NCBI RefSeq assembly: GCF_001194135.2
Contig: NC_068985.1
Span: 106,130,859 to 106,194,858, forward strand
Source of the DNA: Octopus bimaculoides
Taxonomy: Eukaryota
DNA length: 64,000 bases
Direction: 5' to 3'
The notes under the pieces are model-generated. The model searched no databases and was not told the DNA's origin. It was given only the letters and a program-made list of their open reading frames with translations. The position numbers and the translations under genes were made by a program. Below, piece after piece: positions 13,219 to 23,635 of this stretch. Position 1 is the first letter of the stretch. Each line of letters begins with the position of its first letter.

Positions 13219-13425
13219 TCAGTAGCAGGAGTTGGCTCGCATTAATAGTAAGAGCTGGGTCGTATCAGTAGCAAGGCTTGAGCTCATCAATAGCAAGGGC
13301 TGGATAATATTGATAGCAAGAGCTAGATCATATTGATAGCAGGGGCTGGATCGCATCAATAACATGGGTTGGGTCCTCTCAATAGCAGAGGCTGGGTCAC
13401 ATCATTAACATGGACTGGCTTGTGT
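13219..13425. repeat. Degenerate 23-bp minisatellite, about 9 units
   Basis: tcaatagcaagggctggataata / ttgatagcaagagctagatcata / ttgatagcaggggctggatcgca ... with exact 23-bp spacing over six units. Confidence 0.75.
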
Positions 13426-13683
13426 CAGTTGTTTCAGGCTTGGCTTCTGGGAGAAATCTTTCAAAGCAGAACAAGGTTGCCTTTGATCTTACATGGAAGG
13501 GCATGGGTCCTTCAAATTCATGGGTTTCCTTCTTGGATCCCCAGGCCCAGGACCACTGTCTCAACTGAACCCCACTTGCTTCTCATAGGCCCTGAAGCAG
13601 TTTGAGAGTAATAGTACTAGTCCACAAGAGGAAACTAGTCATGGTGATATATAGTATTCATAACAGAAGCCTTCCAGTCTTAA

Positions 13684-13873
13684 CCCTTTTATTACCAAAT
13701 TTCTATTGAAATGTACTGACTTTGTTTCAATTAATTTTGAAAATAATGAAAAATTTAGTAAAAGAACTTTCTCATTATAAAGCTGGTATCTAAAACAAAT
13801 TAACATGAAATTTTACTGGGAGTCTTTGTATCATAGGACTAAGAACAGTCTCATGCAACTGATGCTAAAAGGG
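13684..13873. mobile_element. piggyBac-type MITE, second subfamily
   Basis: ttaa|CCCTTTTA ... TAAAAGGG|ttaa, with intact TTAA on both sides. Confidence 0.75.
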
Positions 13874-14010
13874 TTAATAACTCACTTCACCTGACTATAA
13901 ATCAATGGTTCCAAAATGGTAAAACTGTGGTGGACTGTAAAATAAGTGTGTGTGTGTGTGTGTACGCCATGGTTTTAGATTTAACTTAAATACACAAGTT
14001 TGATTTCTTC

Positions 14011-14049
<39 letters not shown>

Positions 14050-14057
14050 TTAATAAT

Positions 14058-14277
14058 AAGGCAGAATCATTAGTAAGCTGGATGAAATGCTTAGCAGTAT
14101 TTCGTCTGTCGCTACGTTCTGAGTTCAAATTCTGCTGACTTTGCCTTTCATCCTTTTGGAAATGAGTAAATAAGTACCAATGATGCACTGGGGTTGATGT
14201 AATCAACTTAACCCCTTGCCCCAAATTTCAGGCCTTGTGCCTACTGTAGAAAGGATTATTATTTTTATTATTATTTA
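14058..14277 (+). mobile_element. tRNA-derived SINE with Nin/Deu-like core and (ATT)n tail
   Basis: B-box gagttcaaattc, core tttgcctttcatccttt, and end ggccttgtgcc...aggattattatt. Other copies at about 2050-2200, 15380-15830, 35000-35100, 49003-49219 and 54340-54740. Confidence 0.75.
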
Positions 14278-14905
14278 AGATGTCACACAGCATCCAATAT
14301 CCTGATGTTGTTGATTGAAGATATTGTGTGTACCGGGGGGGGTTGTACTGTCTGTCAAGTCACAACAAGGACCTCAGACTGACAGTACTTTACACAGTAC
14401 ATGTGCAGTTCCAATTTTTGAAATACACCTAGATTGTAGGGTATTTCTAAAGTTTCCAGCTGTTTTTTCAGGTTGGGTGGTATTGAACCCAATACTCCGA
14501 TGACAATATGGACAACCTTCATGTTTGACTCCCGTAGCTGCCACATCTTAGCGATCTCAATTCTCAGGTCTCCATATTTATCAATCTTTTCCCTTTCTTT
14601 CATGATAACATGTTGATCTCCCGGCACTGCCACGTCGATTATTAGGCACTCTTGTTTGTCCCTCCCAAAGGTTACTATATCTGGCCTTCGGTGCTCTAAC
14701 ACCTTGTCTGTCTTGAAGTCAAAGTCCCAGAGGATTTTTGCCTTCCCCTTTTCATCCATTACATTTTCTGGTGTATTTTGGTACCAAGCACTCGTTACCT
14801 CATATCCATATTCTCGGCACAGTAGCCAGTGAAGGTTTTAGGCTACCTTGTCCTATCTGCGCTTGTACTCTTTCTATGCAAGAATACCTTCACAAGCACT
14901 AGCAA
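14278..14905 (-). mobile_element. 5'-truncated R4/Dong-clade LINE (REL endonuclease end)
   Basis: ORF 14355-14759: KILWDFDFKTDKVLEHRRPDIV...IIDVAVPGD...EKIDKYGDL...VIGVLG. Upstream remnant LHWLLCREYGY. Flanked by (TAA)n on both sides. Confidence 0.85.
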
Positions 14906-16034
14906 TTATTATTATTATTATCTAGTAGTATTTTCGTATTGCATGCTTTCACTGCACTATCAAGTGCAGCTCTGTATACCTTCGGTATGTGCATTGTTTT
15001 GTTTGGGTTTTGTTTTTTTTCATTTATATTGAAAATATCTGTAAGCTATTTTCTGTATATGCCTTTTGTATAGTTTTTGATTTGCATGCCCTTTTTTCTT
15101 TTCATCATAATAGATTCTACACAAACAAATATTTACCATGTAAAAACCTTCCCTTATAATGTCCCATCTGTTTGTTGCTTTGTGGCAAATTAAACAATGT
15201 AGTTATTTTGATGCTATGGTAAGAAGCTTGCTTCTCAACCACATGATTCTGGGTTCAACCCCACTGCATGGCAGCTTGGGCAAATATCTTGCACAATAGT
15301 TCCAGGTTTGTTAAAGTCATGTGAGTGGATTTGTTTGAGGGAAAATGAAAGAAACCTGTCATATATATATGTATGTGTGAGCTCTTTACGTTCTGAATTT
15401 CAATTCTGCTGTGGTGGATTTTTGCCTTTCACCCTTTCAGGATTGATAATACCAGTTAAGTACAGGGTTGATGTAATTGACTTACTCACTCCTTAAAATT
15501 GCTGGCCTTGTGCCAAAATTTGAAGCCATTTAAAAATCCTATTAAGGTCAACTTTGCCTTTTGTCTTTTCAGGGTTGACAAAATAAGTACCAGTCTAGCA
15601 CGGGGATTGATGCTTAGTGATATTTTGCCCATCTTTATGTTCTTGGTCAAAATTCCTCTGCAATCAACTTTACCCTTCATCCTTTCAAATCAGTGATATG
15701 AGGTTGACCTTGCCTCTCATCCTTTCAGAGTTGATAAATTAAGTTCCAGTTGAGCACTAGGGTCAGTGTAATCAACTTACCTCCTCCTCTGAAATTACTG
15801 GTGCCAACATTTGAAATCACTATTATTACTATTTTATCCCTCATGCAACACCTCACCTTCGAACTTTATGACCACCCTAACTACCCTTCACTTGGTGCAT
15901 TCACCTATTTATCTGTATTTTGTCACTTCCACTATACCCTATCTTCCAGCCTGAACACTGTTTACTTTCCTACTTTACATAATATATTAACTTCCCACTA
16001 AACCAGAATTTTTAATATTCCGAGATTATTTTAA

Positions 16035-16238
16035 CCCTTTAGCATTCAAATTACTCTGTTAAATGTAATGTTTATTTATTCACATTATTTTGAATTGATT
16101 ATGTATTACCTTGTAGCTTTGAAATTTGAGTGATGTGACTGTTTGTTTTAGAGTGACAATGTAGGGTAGGTGTGAGATGTTGAACATTAAGCAGATTGAA
16201 TACTTGTGCCAGATATGGCTGGGTTAAATGCTAAAGTG
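16035..16238. mobile_element. piggyBac-type MITE
   Basis: ttaa|CCCTTTAGCATT ... AATGCTAAAGTG|ttaa. Confidence 0.78.
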
Positions 16239-16678
16239 TTAAGTTGGTTTTGTAATTCTGATATAAAGTTTCTAAAGATTGTAGGCAGCCTTTCAGAAGA
16301 TAGAGCCCACCTAACATAAATTTTGTGACCATAGTTTCCTCCTTTCATTAACACAAATAAATGAAAGCCTTAAATTTATAATGGAAAGGAACAATAGATT
16401 TTTATGTATTGAACTCCTCAAACAACTGGAACTCTTAAGCAACTGGTACTCAGAAACAAATAAAAAAATGTATCATTAATTAGAGCTAGGAGAAATTATG
16501 CTAATTTGTGTTATTTAACTATTATTAAGAGAAAGTTTCTGCTGTATCTAAAATGAATCATTGCTTCTCAAAGATCAGTGCAGTATTTTATTTTACTGCA
16601 TCTGTATTTTATTAGGTTAATAGAATTTGCTGCTCTCTCTCCTTTGTCCAGTATTCAGAATATTAATGATAATACTTA

Positions 16679-16719
<41 letters not shown>

Positions 16720-16803
16720 AAGATTACTAAGATTACTAGCACATTAAATAAAACCAAAGTAGATTTTAAAAAGTTTTATAAAATCAAATTTTATATATGT
16801 GTA

Positions 16804-16843
<40 letters not shown>

Positions 16844-16869
16844 ACGGGAGGCAAGGACTGAGACCAAGC

Positions 16870-17410
16870 CCCTTTTGAATGTTGGGCCTCACAGAGGCAA
16901 TGACTGAGACCTTTGGCATTATGTTGTGCTTGAGAAGAAGACCCATCAAGCTAAGTAAAATCGTAGTCGTGGCAGATACTGGTGTTACGCAAATGGCACC
17001 CGTGCTGATGGCATGTAAAAGTACCTTTCAAGCATTGGGCCTCATGGAGGTAAGGACCAAGACCATTTGGCATTATGCTGGGCTTCGAGCATTGGGCCTC
17101 ATGGAGGCAATGACCAAGTCTCTTTGGCATTATGCTGTGCTCGAGAAGAAGATCCATGAAGCTAAGTAAAACCACAGTCATGGTAGATACCGATGTCACA
17201 CAAATGGCACCCATGCCAGTGGCATGTAAAAGCACCCATTACACTCTCAGAGTGGTTGGCATTAGGAAGGGCATCCAGCCGTAGAAACCATGCCAAAACA
17301 GACTAGTGTCTGATGCAGACTTCCAGCTTGTCAGTCCTGGTTAAACTATCCAACCCATGCCAGCATGGACAACAGATGTTAAATGATGATGATGATGATG
17401 ACGATGATGT
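16870..17410 (+). mobile_element. RTE LINE 3' end with internal duplications and (GAT)n tail
   Basis: ORF-end module ttgggcctca...tttggcattatgctgtgc repeated 3 times; 3' UTR ggcatgtaaaagcacc...ggaagggcatccagc; tail at 17385-17410. Confidence 0.8.
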
Positions 17411-18313
17411 TATATATATTTATACATTTCCAAAAATGAGTTTAAAGAGATGTATAATCCTGGAAGTTACCATGTTTCTTCTTAAATTGGTTTCAGATGC
17501 TGGCTAACCACAATGGTCCTTCAGTGATACCTGAGTTAACAATTAGTTGTTAGACTCTGGTAGCTATTTATTTTGTTCCACTCACACTGAAAAGTTTAGA
17601 TTTTTCTTTTTGTTTTTATTTTCTACTGTTATATTGGTTCCTTATTATGCACTAGCAACGTTTAGTTACATTTGCCATGCAGGTGTAGCTATAGTTAGAG
17701 GTGTGACTGTGTGGTTATTAAGTTTTCTTCCCAACCACATCGTTTTGGGTTTAAATCCATTGTATGGCACCTTGGGCAAATGTCTTCTACTGTAGCCCTG
17801 GACTAACCAAAGCCTTGTGATTTGGTAGATAGAGACTGAGAAAAGCCTGTCATTTATGTACATGTATGTAAGTATGTGTATGTTTGTGTGAGAGTGTTTG
17901 TATCTCCTTGTCTTGACATTGCATGAATGTTTCCATCTACATGTTATTCATTTCCAGTATTATACGAAATCATGTCTAGCTATGGGTAAATATTACCTTA
18001 CTAGGATACATGTAAAGGTTTTAATCCCTATTGTTCACTAATAAACGCACTGACGCAATATCAGCACTCCTGCTTTATGTTGTTCAGCAGATTTTCTTTT
18101 GTGTGTCTAGTCTTTCAGGTGATACATTGACCAACAGACACATTTATCACTCTGCCTTATCTGTCTATAATCTCGTGTCATAGAAAGAACACAGCTACCA
18201 ACATTACGGTTTGATATGTTGCTGTTGTTTATTATTACAAATCAAAAGTAATAGCTTTGATACTGAGATAACAACCAGTATTTTGCAATTGATAGTATTA
18301 TTGTTATTTTCAG

Positions 18314-18430
18314 GCTGTTACCCTGGTCACACACCTTGTGGTTTTGGAGAAAATGCTTGTTATTCACCACACCAACAGTGTGATGGTGTGTGGAATTGTA
18401 AGAAACATGGTGGTGATGAAAGAGGCTGTG
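18314..18430 (+). CDS. LRP12: LRP12-like exon: LDLa repeat 3
   Basis: ttttcag|GC...G|gtaag, 117 bp, phase 1-1. CYPGHTPCGFGENACYSPHQQCDGVWNCKKHGGDERGC. Confidence 0.93.
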
Positions 18431-20305
18431 GTAAGTCTGTTGTCTATTGCTGTACACTTTGTATGTACTTGTATGGGTATAAAGTAAATATGTATGTTTA
18501 GTTGTTCTATAAGGTGTATATATTTCTGTGTAGAGTACATATATATTTTTTACCTCTATCCAAGGTCTAAATAAGGATAAATCATTAATTCTCTATGCTC
18601 CAGTTCATCTAACTGAATAAAAAGTAGGTCTCACTCTCTTCCTCAAGCTTGAGTGGTTTGTGATAGGAAGGACATATCTAAAAACACTTATGCCAACAAA
18701 TCATAGTAATGCATGTCAGGAAAAATTCATGCAAACTAACTAAAAAGAGAAAATAAATTTGCTTCTGAGAAGCTTTAGCAGTTTGCCATTAATATCACTT
18801 GTATCTATTTTGATTTTAATGATGATGATGATGATGATGATGATTCATATAAAAAAGAAGAGTAATAAAATGAAACATCTTTTTTAGGTCGCCATTTTAT
18901 GCTAGTCTTTTATGTTAGTTCTATATGTATCACTAAAGAACCATAACATTCAGTTTGAATCCCTAACTCCTCAACGGAATTTAGTGATTCAGGGTCTCTT
19001 GCTGAAGTGGGTTTAAAAACGCCGGTCCTAAATGTATGACTTGATAAAAAGAAACAGAGGCTTCCGTTGTCAAGCAGCTATTAACAGGGGATTGTCTGCA
19101 AGTTTAGATTTTGTGTGGTATTACAGTGGATGTGTTGGAGTACAATGGCAGTTGATCTAGTGGTGGTTGACTATTATATTAATGATGGATATAATGGTAG
19201 TGTAGTAGATGTGGTGTGAATGATGTCCAGTTCTGGTATAGTGGATTTAGTGATATTACAGTGGATACATGACGGTATTGAAAGCGCATGGCCCAGTGTT
19301 TAGAGTGCTGGGCTCACAATCATGAAATAGTGAATTCAATTCCTAGACTGGGTTGTGTATTGTGTTCTCGAGAAAGACACTTCATTTTACGTTGCTCCAG
19401 TTCACTCAGCTGTAGAAATGAGTTGTGATGTCATTGGTGCCAAGCTGTATCGGCCTTTGACTTTTCATTGGATAAGAACGTTGGTGTAGAGAGGGGAGGC
19501 TGGTATGCCTGGGCAATTGCTGATCTTCCATTAACAACCTTGCTTGGACTTGTGCTTCAGGGGGGAACTATATATTCAATCTATATGCAATCCCATGGTC
19601 ATTCATGGTCAAAGGGGGGTCTTTTACATGATGGTAAAGCTAGTGATAATATAGTAAATGTATGATATATGAATTTGGTGGCAGTTTCATGGACATATGA
19701 ATAATGGATATAGTGTTATTATAATGGAAGACATTTAGGTAACTGACATATTGTAAGTTATAAAAAAGTTTTCCTTGTGTGTTTAAGGCAGACTGTAGGA
19801 GATGGTGTGCTGGGTAATATTGAAATTTGGACTTATGAATGTAGAATGTCTACTGTTGGTTATGTAATGTTAATTTATGTGCAAAGTTGAGTAGACATGG
19901 GTTGAGAAATCTGGTTGCGTACCAGAAGGAGCTGGCAAATGCATGACTAGCTGTGCTAGAATAGCCATGGGAATGGTTGATACAAGAGGTGGGGAAACTG
20001 TTGTTGTCATTTGTTGGAAGGATGTATATTGAGCAGAGGTAATTAATGATTAAATTGATTAACTGGTCAGGGGATGGGGGAGGTTAGTTCATTTGTGAGG
20101 AGATTGAGGACCTAGTTGCTGGGAGAGATGCTAGATAGCTGAACTATCCCAACCTATACTGATACCGAAAAAAAGATGTACCTAAAATGATTATAATGAT
20201 GATGATAGTAGTGGTGGTGGTGGTGTTGATGATGATGATGATGAACCTATACTTAAATGTAGATGTATCTAGAATATTATTTTGTTCTTCCCCGCTCCGT
20301 TATAG

Positions 20306-20422
20306 ATGCTTGTTCTTTCAATACATTCTCTTGTGGCACATCAACCAGTCTGTGTTACACTGATGAAGAGAGGTGTGATGGAGTCAGCCGATGTTCCAAT
20401 GCTGCAGATGAACTGAGATGTA
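20306..20422 (+). CDS. LRP12: LRP12-like exon: LDLa repeat 4
   Basis: ttatag|AT...A|gtaag, 117 bp, phase 1-1. CSFNTFSCGTSTSLCYTDEERCDGVSRCSNAADELRC. Confidence 0.92.
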
Positions 20423-20720
20423 GTAAGTTCAACTTTCTACTGTCACCACACATCCTTTCAACCTCTGCACAGACCTCCTCCCTCTCTCACTCTCACTTTT
20501 TCTCCCTCCCCATATCTCTTTCCCTCTCCTCTCCCTCTGTTTTTTATTTTATTGATATGTTTGTTGAAGTTAATGGAACATGAAAGGACATAGCAAAATA
20601 AAACTGGTTTCTAGAACAATGCAAATATTAATACAGGCACTCGCATACATTTACATTATATGTATGTGTATATTTGTGTATACATGTGTATATGTGTTTA
20701 TATGTGTATTTGTATATATA

Positions 20721-20755
<35 letters not shown>

Positions 20756-21163
20756 CATGTGTATTTGTATGTATGTGTTTATATATGTGTGAGTGTGTGT
20801 GCATATATATGTCATGTATATGTATATACTTGTATCTTTTTATTATTTCCAATTGGCAAAAAGTTGCAAAGCTAACTCCAAGAGCTGAGAGTTTCGTGCA
20901 TGGTACTTTTCAAATGAACTTCAAATCTGGGAGCTTGTTTTTTACATAAAGTGAATAACACTTCTTCCTGGAACATTTGATTAAAAATTGAAATTGGACA
21001 GTCTCATAAAAAACATGCGTTTTTGAATAGTCTGCCCATTAAACAGAAAGACTTCTTCCTATTTAACAGACAGGCTATTTGAAAAATATGCGATTTTCAT
21101 GTGACCTTATGTAGTCCACTTTGCATCTCAGAATCATATATGTGTATATGTATGAGTTACCAC

Positions 21164-21610
21164 TGTACTATGAAACCAGTTGAAGTTGGATCATGAAGAT
21201 TTGTGTCTGCATCAACCTGTCAGCTACTCGGGCAGTTATCAAAGGCCGCAGAAGAACTGCCACAATGAAATGCTTGTCTGATGTTGCTGAAAGGAATTCA
21301 ATGTGGTTGAAGAGAAATGACCAATGGACCTAGTTATGGGAATATAAGGAAGAAGAGAACTGGTTCCTTTGTCGGTCAGTGTGGCCTAGTGGTTTGAAAC
21401 ACAGACCTGGGAACACAAGTTTTCAAAAAGAACAGCCTCAGATCAAATCCAACTGGAGACAGAATTTTGGAAAGCAGCAGAATGACACCTAGGAGTCATG
21501 ATCTGGGTGGGCCCGGCTACCGTAGAGTGTCAGGAACAAGGGCTGAAACACTTGTTGGATGGGATTTCTTCCTCTGAAGATCTCTCCTGCTGTGTGCTTA
21601 CCTGGCGGCA
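21164..21610 (+). mobile_element. 3' fragment of a HERO-like (R2-group, REL-endonuclease) LINE
   Basis: PVEVGS*RFVSASTCQLLGQL / KGRRRTATMKCLSDVAERNSMWLKRNDQWT* (TAG at 21331-21333) fits the C-terminal pattern I recall for HERO elements. Followed by about 280 bp of 3' UTR. Confidence 0.65.
21525..21585 (+). ncRNA. Candidate non-circularly permuted hammerhead ribozyme motif
   Basis: GUC triplet at 21529-21531, GAAA at 21545-21548 and CUGAAGA at 21574-21580. Stem III GAGUGU/ACACUU; stem I AGGAA/UUCCU; stem II imperfect. Confidence 0.5.
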
Positions 21611-22389
21611 AGATTCTGTTAGTTATTTATTTTTAAAAAAATTCTTTTTTCCAACTCCCCTTTACTTAATCGGCATTCAGAATTAATCTTGATATGGTAG
21701 TATCTTTAGAAATTTAAAATGCTTTAAATCTACTATTTTTCCAAATTTGTAACAATTTATTGCATACATACACATACCTTTGTCTACCATATTATTATGT
21801 TTCCAGTAACCTTACTTCTATTCTTTTATTTCATATTTTCTTTGAATAGATAGTAAACACTTTTGCTTAGATTGTGTAATTACTGATGGCACGTGCCTGC
21901 TGTATATATATATATATGCTGGCACAATAGAAATGATCATCAGTAATGTACGATGTATTCACCAATTAAAGATGTAATTTTCTCCATTCTTATTCTTGTT
22001 TTAAACTCTGAATTTCTTGAAATTCTTCAAAGTGATATTTGGAGTTAGTTGTAATACATAAAGAATTACCTTGGATGTTAATTCTACTTGCAATTATTGA
22101 TATCTGTTTTGTGAGAATGCAATGAACTGTGTGTATGCATGTTTTTTGTTTGCATATGCATGTTTATATGAAAATATACATGCTGTTCATGTATGTATTT
22201 TTTATATGTAACTATTTTGGCTAGCTTTTCATTGCCAAACTGCATCGTATTGTTGTTGTTAACTAATTCTCAACTCGCCAGCAAAATTATTATTTGTCTA
22301 TCGTATCTGTCAAAGAAGTTGACATATTTCCAATATGGCAATTCTGTTCTTACAAACGCTCATCAGTCTGAAATTGTCTGTTCTGTACT

Positions 22390-22680
22390 CTGGTATTCAC
22401 ATTCCAATCTGATTGATAGAGTTAATCAAATTTGCTTAACACAGTGCTTTATAGATATCTTCCTGGATTCATTAAGCCCTTTTATTTCTTATATATGTAT
22501 GTCGATGATAGATCGCTAGCCACTAAACCTTTTCTATTTTCTCTCCCTCTTTATTTCTGTGTTCCTTTCTGTCGAAGAGCATAGGCTCGAAACGTAAAAG
22601 ACTTTCTCATTTCCCAAGCGTTAAACTAATACATCTGTTTGTTGTTTACACACCCATCTTCGTTTTTTATTTTTTTAAAA
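22390..22680 (+). mobile_element. Penelope-like element pLTR/3' end fragment
   Basis: Contains the minimal-hammerhead-type motif ctgtcgaagagcataggctcgaaacgtaaaag followed by ttaaactaatacatctgtttgttgtttacacac. Family assignment rests on the motif architecture. Confidence 0.6.
22565..22600 (+). ncRNA. Minimal type I hammerhead-like motif with variant core
   Basis: Stem I CUUU/AAAG; core CUGUCGA plus an extra A; stem II GAGC-AUAG-GCUC; GAAA; palindromic ACGU stem III; GUA triplet. Confidence 0.55.
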
Positions 22681-22772
22681 ATCCTCACTATGTATATATT
22701 TATATATATGTGTATGTTTATGTGTATATGTTTATATGTATATATATGTATGTATATATATATGTATATGTG

Positions 22773-22824
<52 letters not shown>

Positions 22825-22827
<3 letters not shown>

Positions 22828-23560
22828 AACTACGGCAATGTACTCTCAGAGTTAGAGTCGGTGTGTGACCTGGGAATCCACAGGAGCAACGGCACACCTT
22901 TCCATTTGCACATTGCTCAAATGCCAACACTATGCAGGTGGGTGGCAGGTTGGATCCTGAGATCCTTCAGGACCAGGAACCAACACACTACTGCTTTGGA
23001 GAATCTTTGTCCCCAGCTGTCTGGACTACTGCTCCCAGCTATGGTCACTACAGAGCGTAAAACTAATTGTGGAACTAGAGACAATTCAGCACCACTACAC
23101 AAAGAAGATAGACTCAGTAAAACACATGGGCTACTGGGAAAGGTTAAAGGAGCTGAGACTCTACTCCCTGGAGAGGAAATGTGAGAGATATGCAGTGCTA
23201 TACATATGGAAAATAATGGAGGGTCTAGCTCCAAATTTCGGAATCGAAAGCTACAACAATCCTTGAACTGGATGTTATTGTACAGTACCAAATGTCCCAT
23301 CTTCTCCATCGAGGATACAAACCCAATATTGTAGTAGCTTGGGATTCAGGGGTAAAAAACTTTTTAATGCCCTACCACAGAACATCAGGGATTTGTGAGG
23401 TGTGGCCATGGAAGTCTTCAAAAAACATCGAGACACTTTTTTTTATCTGCACATAGTGGCAGGAGACACAAAGAAGAGCAGCAATGTCCAACAAGCTACT
23501 TCATCAGAAGCAATACTGGAAAAATCCCCAAATTGTATTTCCTTGTAAGTTCGGATTTTC
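22825..23560 (+). mobile_element. Decayed CR1/L2-group LINE RT C-terminal fragment
   Basis: DLGI, VAGWILRSFRTR, LDYCSQLWS and YWERLKELRLYSLER motifs across frames. Confidence 0.75.
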
Positions 23561-23635
23561 TAATTCCCTAACATTATAATATATATACATATATACATAT
23601 ACATATATACATACACATACACAAACATATATCAT

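Noticed and set aside
13437-13570. Possible + strand exon after gtttcag
   Set aside because: The phase-1 reading hits TGA without a convincing donor and shows no domain similarity.
15750-16001. ORF with HPNYPS resembling the CUB SPNYP motif, considered as the missing CUB2
   Set aside because: It starts inside a SINE, lacks CUB cysteines and downstream motifs, and has no suitable phase-1 acceptor.
21000-21107. Imperfect ~45-bp inverted repeat
   Set aside because: Only about 70% identity; most likely the decayed interior of a MITE.
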